Assembly (NCBI RefSeq): GCF_001194135.2
Contig: NC_068991.1
Span: 55,906,343-55,956,359, forward strand
Origin: Octopus bimaculoides
Taxonomy: Eukaryota
Length of the DNA stretch: 50,017 nucleotides
Direction of reading: 5' to 3'
This document shows positions 12,484 to 25,636 of the stretch, piece by piece; positions within the stretch are counted from its first letter, which is position 1; every line of letters begins with the position of its first letter. Below the pieces are notes generated by a model, which was not told the DNA's origin, searched no databases, and was given only the letters and a program-made list of their open reading frames with translations. The translations under genes and the position numbers were made by a program.

Positions 12484-14459
12484 CAATAGAATCTCGCAGT
12501 ACGAGTGCATCATAGTACAAGCAATTTACTGTATGAGCCGAGGCTCATGCAAATTTTTGTCTTGAAGTATGAGTGGAAGTCTACTTTACAAGCAAGTTTC
12601 ATATAAGTGACCACTAATTGGCACTGAGCTCACATACACTCTCCCAACGAGCACAGCCTCCACTCACTCGGTTCATGTGTTTATCTTGTTGTGGCAGCAT
12701 TCCTATTGTGTTTTTTCCAGTGTTTTTTGTTTTTTTTTAGTTTGGTCTTTTGCTATTATTTCGTAATAATTAGTTGTGTTAGCCATGGGTCCTAAGAAGG
12801 TTAGTGCAAAGGACAGTACCGAGAAGAAAAAGCTGATTATGATAGAATTGAAGAAGGAAATCATTGATAAACATGAGAGGGGGTTTGTGTGTAGTGGTCA
12901 TAGCACACCAATATGGCTGAAGCATTGATGATCTGCACCATCCTGAAGAAAATAGATGAGATCAAGGCCATTACAATAGCCAAAGGTTGTGTCCAGACTC
13001 TCTAATCAACACACATCTGTCCATGAAGAGATGGAAAAATTGCTTCTCCTGTGGATCAATGAGAAGCGACTCGCAGGGGATACAATGGCAGAGACCATCG
13101 TCTGCAAGAAAGCACGAACACTGTATGGAGATCTTCTGAAACAGAACCCTGGAACATCAACGGAGGAGACATCAGCAGACTCATTTAAGCCCAGTTGCAG
13201 CTGGTTTGATAATTTCAAGAAGAGGACTGGTGTTCACAGTATCGTCAGATATGGAGAAGCAGCGAGTTTTGACATGAAGGCAGCTTAGGATTTCATGCAT
13301 GAATTCCATCAGCTCATCACAGCCATGGGGTACATCGCACAACAGGTATGTAACTGTGATGAAACTGGCCTTGTTTGGAAAAAAATGCCCAGAAGAACCT
13401 ACATAACTACAGAGGAGAAGAAAATGCCAGGCCACAAGCTTATAAAAGACAGGCTAACTCACGCCCTTTGTACCAGTGTGAGTGGAGACTTGAAGATTAA
13501 GCCGCACCTTGTCTACCATTCAGAAAATCCATGAGCATTCCGATTGCACAAAATCCTGAAGAAGAAGCTGCAGATCATGTGGAGAACAAATGTTAAAGCC
13601 TGAGTCACCAGGCAGTTCTTCACTAAGTGGCTCGACCTTGTCTTTGGACCAGCAGTAAAAATGTACCTTCTGAAGAACAATTTTCCTCTCAAGACACTCC
13701 TCATCCTTGACAACGCTTCTGCTCACCCTCCTAACCTCAAGGATGATATCCTGGACAACTTTGAATTTATAAAAGTTCTGTACTTTTCATGCAACACCAC
13801 CCTGTCTTGCAACCCATGGACCAACAGATGATTTCTAATTTTAAGAAATTGTACACTAAACACCTGTTTCATTGGTGCTTTGAAGTCAACAAAAATACAA
13901 ATACAAATCACCCTGCAAAAGTATCTGTTGCTGCTTTATAGAATGACACTGCTCTGGCACATTTTCATAACGTTTTGAAAGGCAGGAAAAAGCAGACTTC
14001 TCTTGAGATGTTTCTAATGAAACGACCTGCAAGTGTGAAAGCGAAGAAAGTGTCCCAAAAGCCTAAATCAAGGAAAGTGAGAAAGAAAACACCAGAAATC
14101 ATTCTTCCTGAAGTCTTAATGAAAGGAGATTCTCCTTCCAAACAGTAATCCTCCTCAACGCTCCATCATCCTCGTGCACAAATTGTCCCATCATCAAGGT
14201 AATTCAATTAATAAAGCCAGTTTACATATTTCTTTTGCATTCTCTTTTATTACGTTTTTATAATTGTCATTTTCCTTATAACTGTACCGTTTCCATTTTA
14301 AAACCCATAGAAAATAATTTTTGCGGGGTTTTGTAGGGTTGGAATGGGTTAATTATATTTTAATTAATTTAAGTGGGGAAAATTGATTTGTAAAACAAGT
14401 AAATCATAAAACAAGCTTGGTCATGGAATGAATTAAATTCGTACTGCGAGGTATCACTG
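12484..14459 (+). mobile_element. Tigger/pogo-family DNA transposon, near full length, non-autonomous
   Basis: TIRs CAATAGAATCTCGCAGTACGA and (reverse complement) CAGTGATACCTCGCAGTACGA, both flanked by TA (12482-83 and 14460-61). Encodes a disrupted transposase. Confidence 0.93.
12785..14150 (+). pseudogene. Tigger/pogo transposase pseudogene (CENP-B-type HTH and DDE domains)
   Basis: MGPKKVSAKDSTEKKK start, EMEKLLLLWINEKRLAGD (HTH), NCDETGLVWKKMPRRTYI, LLILDNASAHP and LQPMDQQMISNFKKLY. Several stops and frameshifts, plus an apparent deletion after ~13900. Confidence 0.92.
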
Positions 14460-15409
14460 TAATTTGTGTGTATGGTGTTTTTGTATTTGGTTTGCAAGAT
14501 TCTTGATATGAACTCAGTTGGAGATATGAAGTAGATCTGAAGTAGTGAAGGCATGTCATTGACCAGGTTGTAAATACTGATGAAAGGACATTAACAAACC
14601 TAACTGATTGATTGATTGATTGATTAGACAAATGATTAATGAAGCAATTGATTAGGTAATTGGTTCATCAATTGACAAATAAATTATAAGATTGTGAAAT
14701 TGAACAAGTGTATGTGTGTGTTTATTGTTGGCATAATGACCCTCCTGAGATACTACAAAATGTGTGTGTATCTTAAACAGAAAGCAAAGAAATGTCATTT
14801 GCTAAAATAGATTTCTATTTCTGTCATAAAAAAGACTGTTCCATGGTATGCATAGTTTCACTGTGAGCACAATTCAGTTGTGAGTCAGTGGATTCTCAAC
14901 TGATAATTAAATGAAATTAAAGACTATTTTGTAATAGTAGCGAGAAGCTGCAGTCAATGTTATACAAGTTGGCTAATGTTTAATTGCTAGCATACTTGAG
15001 GAGTAAGCCCAGAAATTTTAATTAATTAAAATTATACCCTTGGTGATGAGAACAATCATCCTCTAAATGACTAATTCTGTGGCGGAGGGGATGGCAAGAG
15101 GATAACTGTAAAAATTTAATGGAAATAAAATTTTAATCTTTCTTGCTCACTCCATTTAATAGGCTAATGATAGCTGATGTTTCAAGGTATTCTTCAACAC
15201 CGAGTCCTTGTTCTGATAGGAGATTGTACAGTTAGAGCATCAGCTCTGTTAAACTTGGTTGTAGTGACACTTAATATTCTTTTAACTGCTATTCACTGAA
15301 TTATTACTCTTTTCTCCATCTGTGATGTGAGGAATTTACTACAAAACATCAGGAATAAAAGTAATGGGTAGCATTGTGCAAAGCTTTAATGCCCGAGAAG
15401 ATTTGTCTT

Positions 15410-15570
15410 CCAAGTTACTTAATGATCTCACTGGTGCCAATGCCACATAAAAATCTCCCCCAGTACACTGTGTAAAGTGGTTGGTATAAAAAGGGTATCC
15501 AGTGTAAACCTTACAAAAGTGGAAATTGTTCAATCCATGCCATGGAAAGTGAAAGTTAAATTATGATATG
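15410..15570 (+). mobile_element. Old RTE-tail-type repeat fragment
   Basis: CAGTACACTGTGTAAAGTGGTTGG...GGGTATCCAG...CCATGCCATGGAAA resembles the reverse complement of 40330-40545. Confidence 0.55.
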
Positions 15571-18329
15571 CGAAGGATAAGATATGTCACTGATTTTTAG
15601 GCATAGAAGTATGAGTTGCATTATACTTGAGCTTGCATTGAATTCGAGTAAATGTGATATTGACTTGCTCAGTGCTTATTTATATATTGCCAAAGCAAGT
15701 ACTTGACAGTGAATACTTTCAGTAATAAAATTGCTATTTCAGGTTTGTTTAAAAGCTTTTACACGTTCTAATTATATGGTAATAATTTTAAATTAATGAA
15801 ATTTTAAAGTTTCTTCACAAAGATAAAGCTTAGAAAAATACTGGTGCAAAGATTTTGTAGTAATTTGTAAAAATGAGATGTTAAAACTGAAAGAGCTGCT
15901 ATCTAATGAAGATAATTTTCAGTGAATATTTGTTAAAATGAATTGATTAGTTTGTAACACTCACATGGATGCTGCTAAATTAATTTAACCATATCAGAGC
16001 CAATACGGAAGGGAATTTTTGTGTTATGTACTGATTAACTTCCAGAAGAAAGATCTGTTCTAAGTAGATTACAATCACTACTCAACATCGTCATGTAATA
16101 TCCAGCAAGCAATGTAGAAGTGCTTTATTTTGCAGTAATTTTTTTTTCCATGTAAGTTTGGATAGGATGGGTGTTGTTGGAATAGTTTGTTTTACAAATG
16201 GATAGCCTTTCATATATAACCACTTAAAATTTTAGTCATAATGACGCCTTCTGTTTACTTTATTATCAGAAGCCAGCAGGGTTTTTTTATATATATATAT
16301 CAAAGAATATGTATAAGAATATGTATATGTATTTTTCCATATGTGTATTTTCATACACTGTTTTTAACAATTTCACCTTAATATCAGAGAATGTGTGACA
16401 ATCAGTATGTAACACTACAAAGTTCATACAAAGCTTTATACTTTAAAAATATTTTATCATCAAAGAATGTATATATGCATTTTAATACTCAAACTGTTTT
16501 TTAACATTTTTTATTATTCTCAAAGACTTTTGATAATCTTTTTCTAAAAAAGTGAAACCGGTTAAGTAAATAAATATTAAAAAAAATAAGTGCATTTTCA
16601 AACCTTCTTTCATATATATATATTCATATATATACTTTACTAGGGACATGAGACAATGATTGATTTCATAATCATATGGCCTAGTATGTCCGTCATTCTT
16701 TCTTTTAGTTATCAGTTTTTGAAACTAGGTTTATTTCTTTCATTTATTAAGTACTGTGTCAATGTTATTGTATCTGAGAGATTCATTCAAGTGTGTCTTC
16801 TATGTTGCAAAATCAGGAAAGCGACTTATGTTAAAGCTATAATTTTATGTTTTTATGGTGATTTATGCTTATAAAGGTACAAGAAACCAAATCAGTACTC
16901 AGAAAATTACTTTATATAAAAACAGCTATATTTCAAACATATTGAACTCAGCTTGTATTTATGATCAATGGTTTATTATTTTTATATTATTGTGTTGGCA
17001 TTTGCAGTTGACATCACCATGATAGTGTTGGACACTTAAGAAATTGAGGTGGTTGGCTAAAGAAAAATGTAACAGTAAAAGGGGCATGCATTAACTAGAT
17101 CAAATTAGTAGTTTGCAGCTTGGCACTTGCAGTTCATGCTGGCAGGTATTATGTGTTGCTGGGCTGACAATCCTCTGTCGAGATGCTTTGGCTCTGATTC
17201 ATGTTAGATTTCAGGAACTGGGATGAGATTATGAGCAGAATATTGAGTTACGCTCCTGAAAGATTGAGCAGAGGTGGAACAGGCATACATCACCTTCATT
17301 ATTTATTACTGCCTGACTGTTGTGCTTTACCCCTGTTATCACCTGACCAGGTTGGAATATCGGTTGATTTGTTTTTTGTAGAGGGAACATGTTCAACTGG
17401 TTAGAAGATCCATGTGGTACCAGCACTCTCTGCACAGAGAGTGTTGGCTTCCCATGGCTAATGATGAACATTCACATGCTGAAGCTGCAACATCTGGAGA
17501 GTTTCCTGGACAGTGACAAGGTGTATTCATTATTTGTCAGGCATTCTTGACACAGCCTGTCTCTTTGAAGTTGCAGTATGGGTAAATTGATAACTAATAT
17601 TGTCTGGCATTTGGAATGTTGTTTAGCACTCAAAAGATCTCTATCAGTTGAGCACTACTATTGGTGATACATCAACCTTTGTATTTTGTTGAGGGTTAGT
17701 TGCGGACAAGAACAATGATGTTCACAAACAGACTTTTGGTATTGATCCATACTACAAGCATAGAAGCATTGTTGGTAAGGAATGTCAGTGATAATGAAAC
17801 TGTTCTGCAAGCTTTTATTGTTATGCTGAGCAGTTGTCATGTCTATCAGTGGAGTTCATTGTGAGAATCACCCTACCTCTGTCATTTGGCTACGTAGGAC
17901 AACTTGTTTCTTTTTCTTTGTCGTATAATTGTATAATGAATAAGATTGAAAGAACTAATAACAGTCACTTTTCCCTTTAGTCAATTCTTTGTTAGCATCA
18001 ATCTCCTATTTGAGAAGAAGATAATGGTAGAGAGCAATGTGCTTCTTTCCCGTAAATTTGCCAAAATATTAGGTGATAGGAGCGAGTATGACCCAAGTAA
18101 ATGGGTCTATGTTCCCATTTACTTTGGGCTATCTTGACATGCACCAGTTGGTTGGAGAATACCAAAGAGGGGACTTGTCCATGGCAGAAGCTGTGATTGT
18201 CTCCAGATGACTTTGTCCTGTTGTATACAAAGTTCCTTTTGTGTACTGTAGTTTTTCATCATAATAAATTCTACATAAACACTACCATTTTTATAATATC
18301 CCTTTCATCCATTACCTCTGTGGTGAATA

Positions 18330-18900
18330 AGCATTGAAACTTGAAAGGGGTCATAGCATAAAAGGCTTTAAAGACATGAAAAAGAACATAGCTAAGTTCA
18401 GGTTACCAGTTAGTAGGAAGGACCTCAGCTTTAGCGACAGCGGACACTGTAGATCTCGGACATATTTCTTTTTGTATCAACAATACTCAGCCAATGCTAG
18501 AGTCCTATTACCAAAAAAGGCAACTCCACTGACTCAGCTTTTGGAAAATATTCTCCAATGGGGTTATGTCACTATTTTCTCTCTCAAAAGAGCAATAACA
18601 TAAATCATTACACACATTAAGTAGATAATATCATGCCCACAGAATCCTCAAGGTTACTACAAATGCTAGTCCACACCATCACTGAAAATCTCTTTTGTCA
18701 AACTCTCTTCTTCAGCATAGCAAAGACTGCACCACAGAGATAACTGGCTTCTTTTTTTCAAGACTAGACAATACTTCTTCCTCCAACAATTACTAAACCC
18801 TTTACAGAGGTCAAATGAGACCCACAATGCAGTACTGCTTCTGCATTTGGGATAGTGTTGATATTACACATAAAGACCTGATGGACTCCTTTCCCTCTGC
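18330..18900 (+). mobile_element. Possible very old RTE-like RT remnant
   Basis: ANARVLLPKKAT...IT*IITHIK*II...PQGYYKC*ST...SNETHNAVLL loosely follows RT domains 1-3. The match is weak. Confidence 0.3.
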
Positions 18901-20035
18901 CCAAACCACTTGACTGATTGGCATAAAATTGTTCACCAAAATATTCCAACCTCTTTACCCTCCCCCTCCCAACCTCTACTACTACTACTACTACTACTAC
19001 TTATCTCATTTCTGTTCCATAGAACTGACTAGTCTTATACCATTTTCATTCAGCTCACAATTCACTTATCTCTCCTCCCCATCCTACTCCTTCCTGCTAA
19101 CCATTATGTCCAGTCCTTCCTCTGGAATTCCTTCCCTGCCCATGTACTTACTTTAGTTGTCAACTACCTCAATTTCACTTATCTTGGAGGAGCTGTTAAG
19201 ACCATGGACACAACTCTCTTCCAAACCAGTTCAAGAACCAACCTCATAAAAATAAACCAAAAAAAAAAAAACAGTAGAACCCCTCTCCCCATCACATTCT
19301 CTACAAATGTCATTTCTTTCCAGTACTTTTGACTATTCCTTACATAAAATATGTTAACATTAATCTGACTGTTCTTATCATAGTCATATCTGCATTGTAA
19401 AAGCTGAATTCTGTTTCAAGGCTACAAAATACTTCATTCATAAGAGTTGCTGATGTTATGCATAGTACATATAATATCCTGCTACTCATACATATGGGAT
19501 GGTACAGATATAGACATAGCCTGTAACAACAGGCAGGCTTTCAATGAAGAGCTCTACGAAAAGATGAGTTGGTGTAAAAATAACATTAGTAGCTGACATA
19601 AATGGTAAGTCGGGAAATATTGTAAAATAACCTGCTTTTATGGTTGGCTTAACTTTGTATTAATATATCTAATCTTGTGACCCTCTCCAATTATTTTTTT
19701 TTTTCATAGATAAGAAACTTTTAAAAAATCCATTTGTAGATGTGATCAAAACAAAGGCAGTTTTGTGACACATAGTTGTTGTAACAAAAGGGAAAAATAT
19801 CCATTTCAAAAAGGGAAGTTATTTATGTTTTGTGTGTTTATAGTTCACAAAATATGATGTATTTCCTGCTTTAGAGAAGAAATATATAACCATAATTAAC
19901 CTCTTTGATGCCAAGCACAGAGTTTATAATTTGTATATATTCACATGTTTATGTTTGTCTTTTAAAACCTATACATTTTTTATGTTTGTAGATTAATTTT
20001 AAGTTAGTACATTGTACTAACATACTTATTATGTG

Positions 20036-20255
20036 GAGGCGCATGGCTTAGTGGTTAGTGGTTGGACTCATGATCACAGAATTGTGGTTTTTATTCCTGG
20101 ACTGAGCGATGTGTTGCATTCCAGAGCAAAACACTTCATTTCATAATGCTGCAGTCCACTCAGCTGGTGAGAATGAGTAATCCTGCAACGGACTGATGTC
20201 CTATCCAGGGAGGAATATATTTGCCAGAGAAACTGGGAAAATGGTCCTATGCTCC
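20036..20255 (+). mobile_element. tRNA-derived SINE (family C)
   Basis: Head GAGGCGCATGGCTTAGTGGTTAG (Box-A-like) with a degenerate Box B. The body is shared with 1640-1720. Confidence 0.75.
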
Positions 20256-21149
20256 TTATGGAATAATGTAGACCAATCATATTGTACTAAACAAAGTAAC
20301 CTGGTATTATATCTGCTCATTGTAGTAGAGTTTGTTTAGTATTAAGGTTTGAATTTTCTGAAGTGAAGTGTGTAATCAAGCTGAAAAATCACACTAATTT
20401 TTATAATATATGTGAAAGTAAATAAATGCTTTTCATATTCCTTAGAGATGATGTGCGATCTTTTTCTCTAAGTGATTTTTGAGATTTCTTAAAAAAAAAA
20501 AAATCCTTAAAACTTTTCACCTTTTCTAGTCTTGTTCTCAATTGCTTTTAACTTCTTTTAACTTCTCTTAATTTATTCAGTTATAGTATTTCATCCTCCT
20601 TTATTTTCCTAACCTCTCCTGCTAACAGCGTTACTCTGTTGCCTTACAGTACTTTTCTTAGAGACAATCTTTATCTAAACCAGTGAAGCCTGAATTTCAG
20701 AGCAGCTTGGGCAATGAAAGTATGTTTATATTTCAAATGTAAAAACAGTCTGCTGCCTAAAACATCAACTTTTCTATAGCTAATCAAATTAATATGACTG
20801 CTATAAAAGCTTCTCAAATTCAGTTTCAAATAACTAAATTTATTTCACTTGACAGCAAAATGGAAATTTTTATGTCATCATCGTTATCATCATGTTTCTG
20901 AATTTCATGTGAATTTCTACTGCACAACTAAAGCACCTCCTCCACATCACGGAATTGTGTACAACAATGCCTTTTGGATATTTTGAACTGGTCTTGATTG
21001 TGTTTCATGAAAGTCGTGTGGAATATGTTAAATATGAGTTGTGTTATATTGTTGGGTCACAGTTGTATTTTTTATGTGCTGTTACTGGAGGTGTGTGAAG
21101 CAAGCTTCTTAAACACATAGCTATGCCTGCACCTATATTTATACATACA

Positions 21150-21312
21150 CAGGCATAGCTGTGTGGTAAGAAGTTTGCTTCGCAACCACATGGACCTAGG
21201 TTCAGTTCCACTGTATGCTACCTTGGGCAAGTGTCTTCATCTATAGCTCTGGGCCCACTAAAGTCTTGTGCGTGGACTTGATATAGATAGAAACTGGAAG
21301 AAACCCATCTGA
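21150..21312 (+). mobile_element. SINE family A, 5' half running into a microsatellite and gap
   Basis: CAGGCATAGCTGTGTGGTAAGAAG...GGTTCAGTTCCAC...TTGGGCAAGTGTCTTC. Confidence 0.85.
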
Positions 21313-21333
21313 TGTGTGTGTGTGTGTATATAC

Positions 21334-21382
<49 letters not shown>

Positions 21383-21730
21383 NNNNNNNNNNNNNNNNNN
21401 NNNNNNNNNNNNNNNNNNNNNNNNNNNNNNNNNNNNNNNNNNNNNNNNNNNNNNNNNNNNNNNNNNNNNNNNNNNNNNNNNNNNNNNNNNNNNNNNNNNN
21501 NNNNNNNNNNNNNNNNNNNNNNNNNNNNNNNNNNNNNNNNNNNNNNNNNNNNNNNNNNNNNNNNNNNNNNNNNNNNNNNNNNNNNNNNNNNNNNNNNNNN
21601 NNNNNNNNNNNNNNNNNNNNNNNNNNNNNNNNNNNNNNNNNNNNNNNNNNNNNNNNNNNNNNNNNNNNNNNNNNNNNNNNNNNNNNNNNNNNNNNNNNNN
21701 NNNNNNNNNNNNNNNNNNNNNNNNNNNNNN
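21383..21730. other. Assembly gap (N run) between (TG)n and (CA)n tracts
   Basis: N characters. Confidence 0.99.
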
Positions 21731-21740
21731 TTGATAATAA

Positions 21741-21802
<62 letters not shown>

Positions 21803-21977
21803 CATTTTTAGAGAACACTTATTGGAAGTGTAAGTTATATGGTCAGAAGTAACTTTGCTTGTGAATGAGACTGCATTCATTGTGTTGTGAAAACACTTGT
21901 AATAAATGGAAAGTTGAAAAAACTTGATTATGATAAAATTTGTATCTGGAATGTGATATTTCAAAGTAATAGCAGGT

Positions 21978-22620
21978 ACAGGTATAGCTTTGCTTCCCAA
22001 CCACATGATTCTGGGTTCAGTCCCACTTCATGGCAGCTGGGGCAAGTGTCTTCTACTACAGCCTTGGGCCAACCAAAACCTTATGATTAGATTTGCTAGA
22101 TAAAACTGAAAGAAGCCTGTTGTGTGTGTGTGTCTTTGTTCCCTACCACAACTTCTGTTGATGTGTTTATCTCTCTGTAACTTAGTGGTTTGGCAAAAGA
22201 GAGCAATAGAATATGTGCCAAGCTTAAAAAAAAAAAAGTGTTATCTGTTTGTTTGACTCCAGTTCAAGATGTGCCCCATGGCCCCGCGATAGGGCAAGTG
22301 TCTTCTGCTGTAGCTCTGGGCTGCCTTGTGAGTGAATTTGGTTCATGGAAACTATGTGGAAGCCTGTCATATATATATTTTCATATATACACATACACAC
22401 ACATGAGCACACACGTGTCTTTGTGCTTGTCTCCCACCACTGCTTGACAACTGGTGTTGGTTTGTTTACATCCCCCATAACTGAGCAGATCATCAAAAGT
22501 GACTGATAGAGTAAGAACCAGTTTTAAAAAGTAAGTACTGGGGTCGATTTGTTTGACTAAACCCCTCAAGGTGGTGCCCCAGCATGACTGAAGTCCAATG
22601 ACAGATACAAGTTAAAGATA
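21978..22620 (+). mobile_element. Two head-to-tail SINE family A copies (about 21978-22234 and 22240-22620)
   Basis: Both carry GGGCAAGTGTCTTCT and the family tail. They are separated by an A-tract. Confidence 0.8.
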
Positions 22621-22974
22621 TAGAAGTGTGTGTGTGTGTGTGTGTGTATATATGTGTGTATGTATGTATGTGTGTGTGGTGAGAACATAGCTGATATACT
22701 TTCTGATATAACCAATGTTTTGAAAGCCATCTTTCAGTGTCTTTTTTCAAAATTTAGCCAATCATATGTAAGGAAAGCAGGATTGCAAAATTTTCCTGGG
22801 GGGCTGGGTGTGGAACATTCTCCATAGTAGTACCCGGAAAATCTCAAATTGTGAGCAGTTGATGTATCCCATTTTGAGGTGGTGGTAGATGGGTGTTTAT
22901 ATAATTTGTGCTAAATCTAAATTTCTAATTCAAAACATTCTGTCTCTCTCTCTCTCTTATATATATATATATAT

Positions 22975-23151
22975 NNNNNNNNNNNNNNNNNNNNNNNNNN
23001 NNNNNNNNNNNNNNNNNNNNNNNNNNNNNNNNNNNNNNNNNNNNNNNNNNNNNNNNNNNNNNNNNNNNNNNNNNNNNNNNNNNNNNNNNNNNNNNNNNNN
23101 NNNNNNNNNNNNNNNNNNNNNNNNNNNNNNNNNNNNNNNNNNNNNNNNNNN
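22975..23151. other. Assembly gap in a (TA)n tract
   Basis: N characters. Confidence 0.99.
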
Positions 23152-23399
23152 TATATATACATATATGAGAGAGAGAGAATGATCATCATTGTTTTTCTTG
23201 TAGTGATGCATTAGACAAAACTTCATGACAATATTCTGTGGTCAGATGCCTTTCCTGATGCTAACTCTTATTGGTTTTGAAGTAAGGTACTTTTCTGATG
23301 AGCTGTTTCTTTATGTAGGACATAAACAACATCACTGCTGCCCAAGCAATGTCACCAGGAAGACACATAGACAGACACTCATCTATATGCATTATTCCC

Positions 23400-23720
23400 C
23401 CTACTCAGCACACAAATTACAGGTTCTGACTATCAAATTTCTCTCACACGCTATTGGTCAAGAAGACATGTGACCAAGTTGTCATGAAGTAGGGCTGAAC
23501 CCCAAACCATATGGTTGCAAGCGAACTTCTTAACTACACAGCCATGTCTGTACACATGCACACACAAGTGTGTGTATGTGTGCATGTAGATGTAGATATG
23601 GCTATGTGGCTTGCTTCCCAACACATGATTCCAGATTCAGCCCTGGCCCAAGCAAAGCCTTTTAAGTGGATTTGGTGGGCAGAAACTGCAAGAAGCTTAT
23701 CAAATACATAATACATACAT
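23400..23720. mobile_element. Divergent pair of SINE family A heads (minus ~23400-23552, plus ~23595-23720)
   Basis: CTTCTTAACTACACAGCCATGTCTG faces GATATGGCTATGTGGCTTGCTTCCCAAC. Confidence 0.7.
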
Positions 23721-23749
23721 ACATGTTTGTGTGTGTGTGTGTGTGTGTG

Positions 23750-23965
23750 TATTACTGTCTCTGCTTTGCATTTACTTCACATGATAATTGTAAATGAGTG
23801 TCACTGTTATGCAAGTGGTGTCCTTTGTTTCCAATTTTCCATGGAAGCATGTCTGGTCATGGAGAAACATTACCTTACATGGAAACGTGAGGGTTAGCAA
23901 CAGAAAAATCTACCATGACAAATTCTCTCCAACCCATGCAGACATGGAAAAGTGGATGTAAAAAA
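23750..23965 (+). mobile_element. RTE-tail-type non-coding repeat
   Basis: GAAACATTACCTTACATGGAAACGTGAGGGTTAGCAACAG...AACCCATGCAGACATGGAAAAGTGGATGTAAA is related to the reverse complement of 34800-34950. Confidence 0.55.
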
Positions 23966-24256
23966 TTTGGTGGTGGTAGCAGTAGTATGTGTATGCGCCT
24001 GTATGTATGTGTGCACGTGTGTGTGTTGTTATTGAGGATCTTATAGAGGCAGACTGAGAATGAGAAAATCTCCATGTTGCCACATAGTTTAGTTGCTAAG
24101 GGAGCATGTCCTCAGTGGCATTATGGAAATTGGGGCTGGAGTGGAAGGGTGGGAATATTGCTGAGAGGGAGGGGGAGGGCACACTCATCAGCCGTTGATC
24201 TTGTAATCTATGAACTAAAAATATTTGTTAATGTCTCTGACTCATCTAAACTTTGT

Positions 24257-24300
<44 letters not shown>

Positions 24301-24400
24301 NNNNNNNNNNNNNNNNNNNNNNNNNNNNNNNNNNNNNNNNNNNNNNNNNNNNNNNNNNNNNNNNNNNNNNNNNNNNNNNNNNNNNNNNNNNNNNNNNNNN
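24301..24400. other. Assembly gap (100 N) in a (TA)n tract
   Basis: N characters. Confidence 0.99.
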
Positions 24401-25564
24401 TATATATATATATATATATACATACATATGTATATATATATATATAATACATAATGCATATGTATATACCATGGTTGTTCACATGTCTGAGGAAAACCAT
24501 TATTGACTTTTAACAAATGTAGTTTCCAAAAAATAAAAGTAAAACAAAAAAAACATGCAACTCAGCAATATGGATGTATAATTTTATGTCCCATAAAGCT
24601 GGCATAGCACTTCAACTCATACACTCTATCCATTTGGTATAATAAAGTTGCAAGCCTGGACATGATATCTGGTGTCAATAAAGGTCATATGTGCAGGAGT
24701 GGGAGTGCCTGGATCTTCAGCTTAAAATGGCCAAAAACATTCCCTGCACAATACGTTATACATGTGTGTGCATCCACATGCACACATTTATTGTATGTGT
24801 ATATACATATATTCATTATTGATACAAGGTAGACATATGCACGCACACACACACATGCACACATGCATCTAGTCATGCTTGACAAGACCTATTTGTTGAA
24901 CCAGCCATAGCATGGCCTCTCAATCATGAATCAATATATTATGTTTGTGTATATGTGTGTGTGTGCGTGCATGTATGTATGTATGTATTTATATAAATGT
25001 ATTTGCATGTATGTATATGCATTAAGCTTTAAATATTTTGTAAATCTGAATGTTATGTAGAAATTTTTTCTTATCTCTGGATATTTTCCATTTGCCATCT
25101 AATTAGGCTTCTGAGCTCTCTGGAAGGGTTTTTAAGTTTACACTTTCCATTGTGTAATATTTCTTTTATATACTAGCTGTGGCCTCTACTTCAACATTTC
25201 ATTGCTTTTTGCGTATTTCCAGTTGACATCTAATTCTTGTGATCCAACATATTATAGTTGGTTCCTCATATTTCCATCATGCAAACAAACATCTCAGTGC
25301 TTTTCCTGCCAGCTGTTGCATTGCATCCTCTTTCACATCCACTTTTTTGTATTAAATAAATATGACTAATGTTTCGTGGAAAGATGTTGTCCCTTAGTTG
25401 AAAGTGCCTCCATAGGCTATCATTGAATGATTTATATTGAGGTAATAACTGTAAAATACTTTCTCACATATCTTGTACACAAACTGGGAAATTGAATGGA
25501 AAATATGTAATGTATGGATGCATTATATATGTCATCTGTTTTGTTTGTTAGAATGTTCTTCTAG

Positions 25565-25636
25565 TATTAGTCATATAACTGAAGAGCAACGGCAACATAT
25601 TTTCAGCATAGTTGGCAGAGAAACCTTCAGAATCGG
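25565..25636 (+). other. Candidate 72-nt exon
   Basis: TTCTTCTAG acceptor and one open frame (ISHITEEQRQHIFSIVGRETFRIG), but the donor GTATAC is weak. Protein not recognised. Confidence 0.2.

Noticed and set aside
20036-20110. tRNA-like sequence
   Set aside because: It is a SINE head with a degenerate Box B and no complete cloverleaf. The same applies to the other SINE heads, so no tRNA gene is called.
21218-24516. Long ORFs of 76-262 aa
   Set aside because: They run through N gaps and microsatellites.
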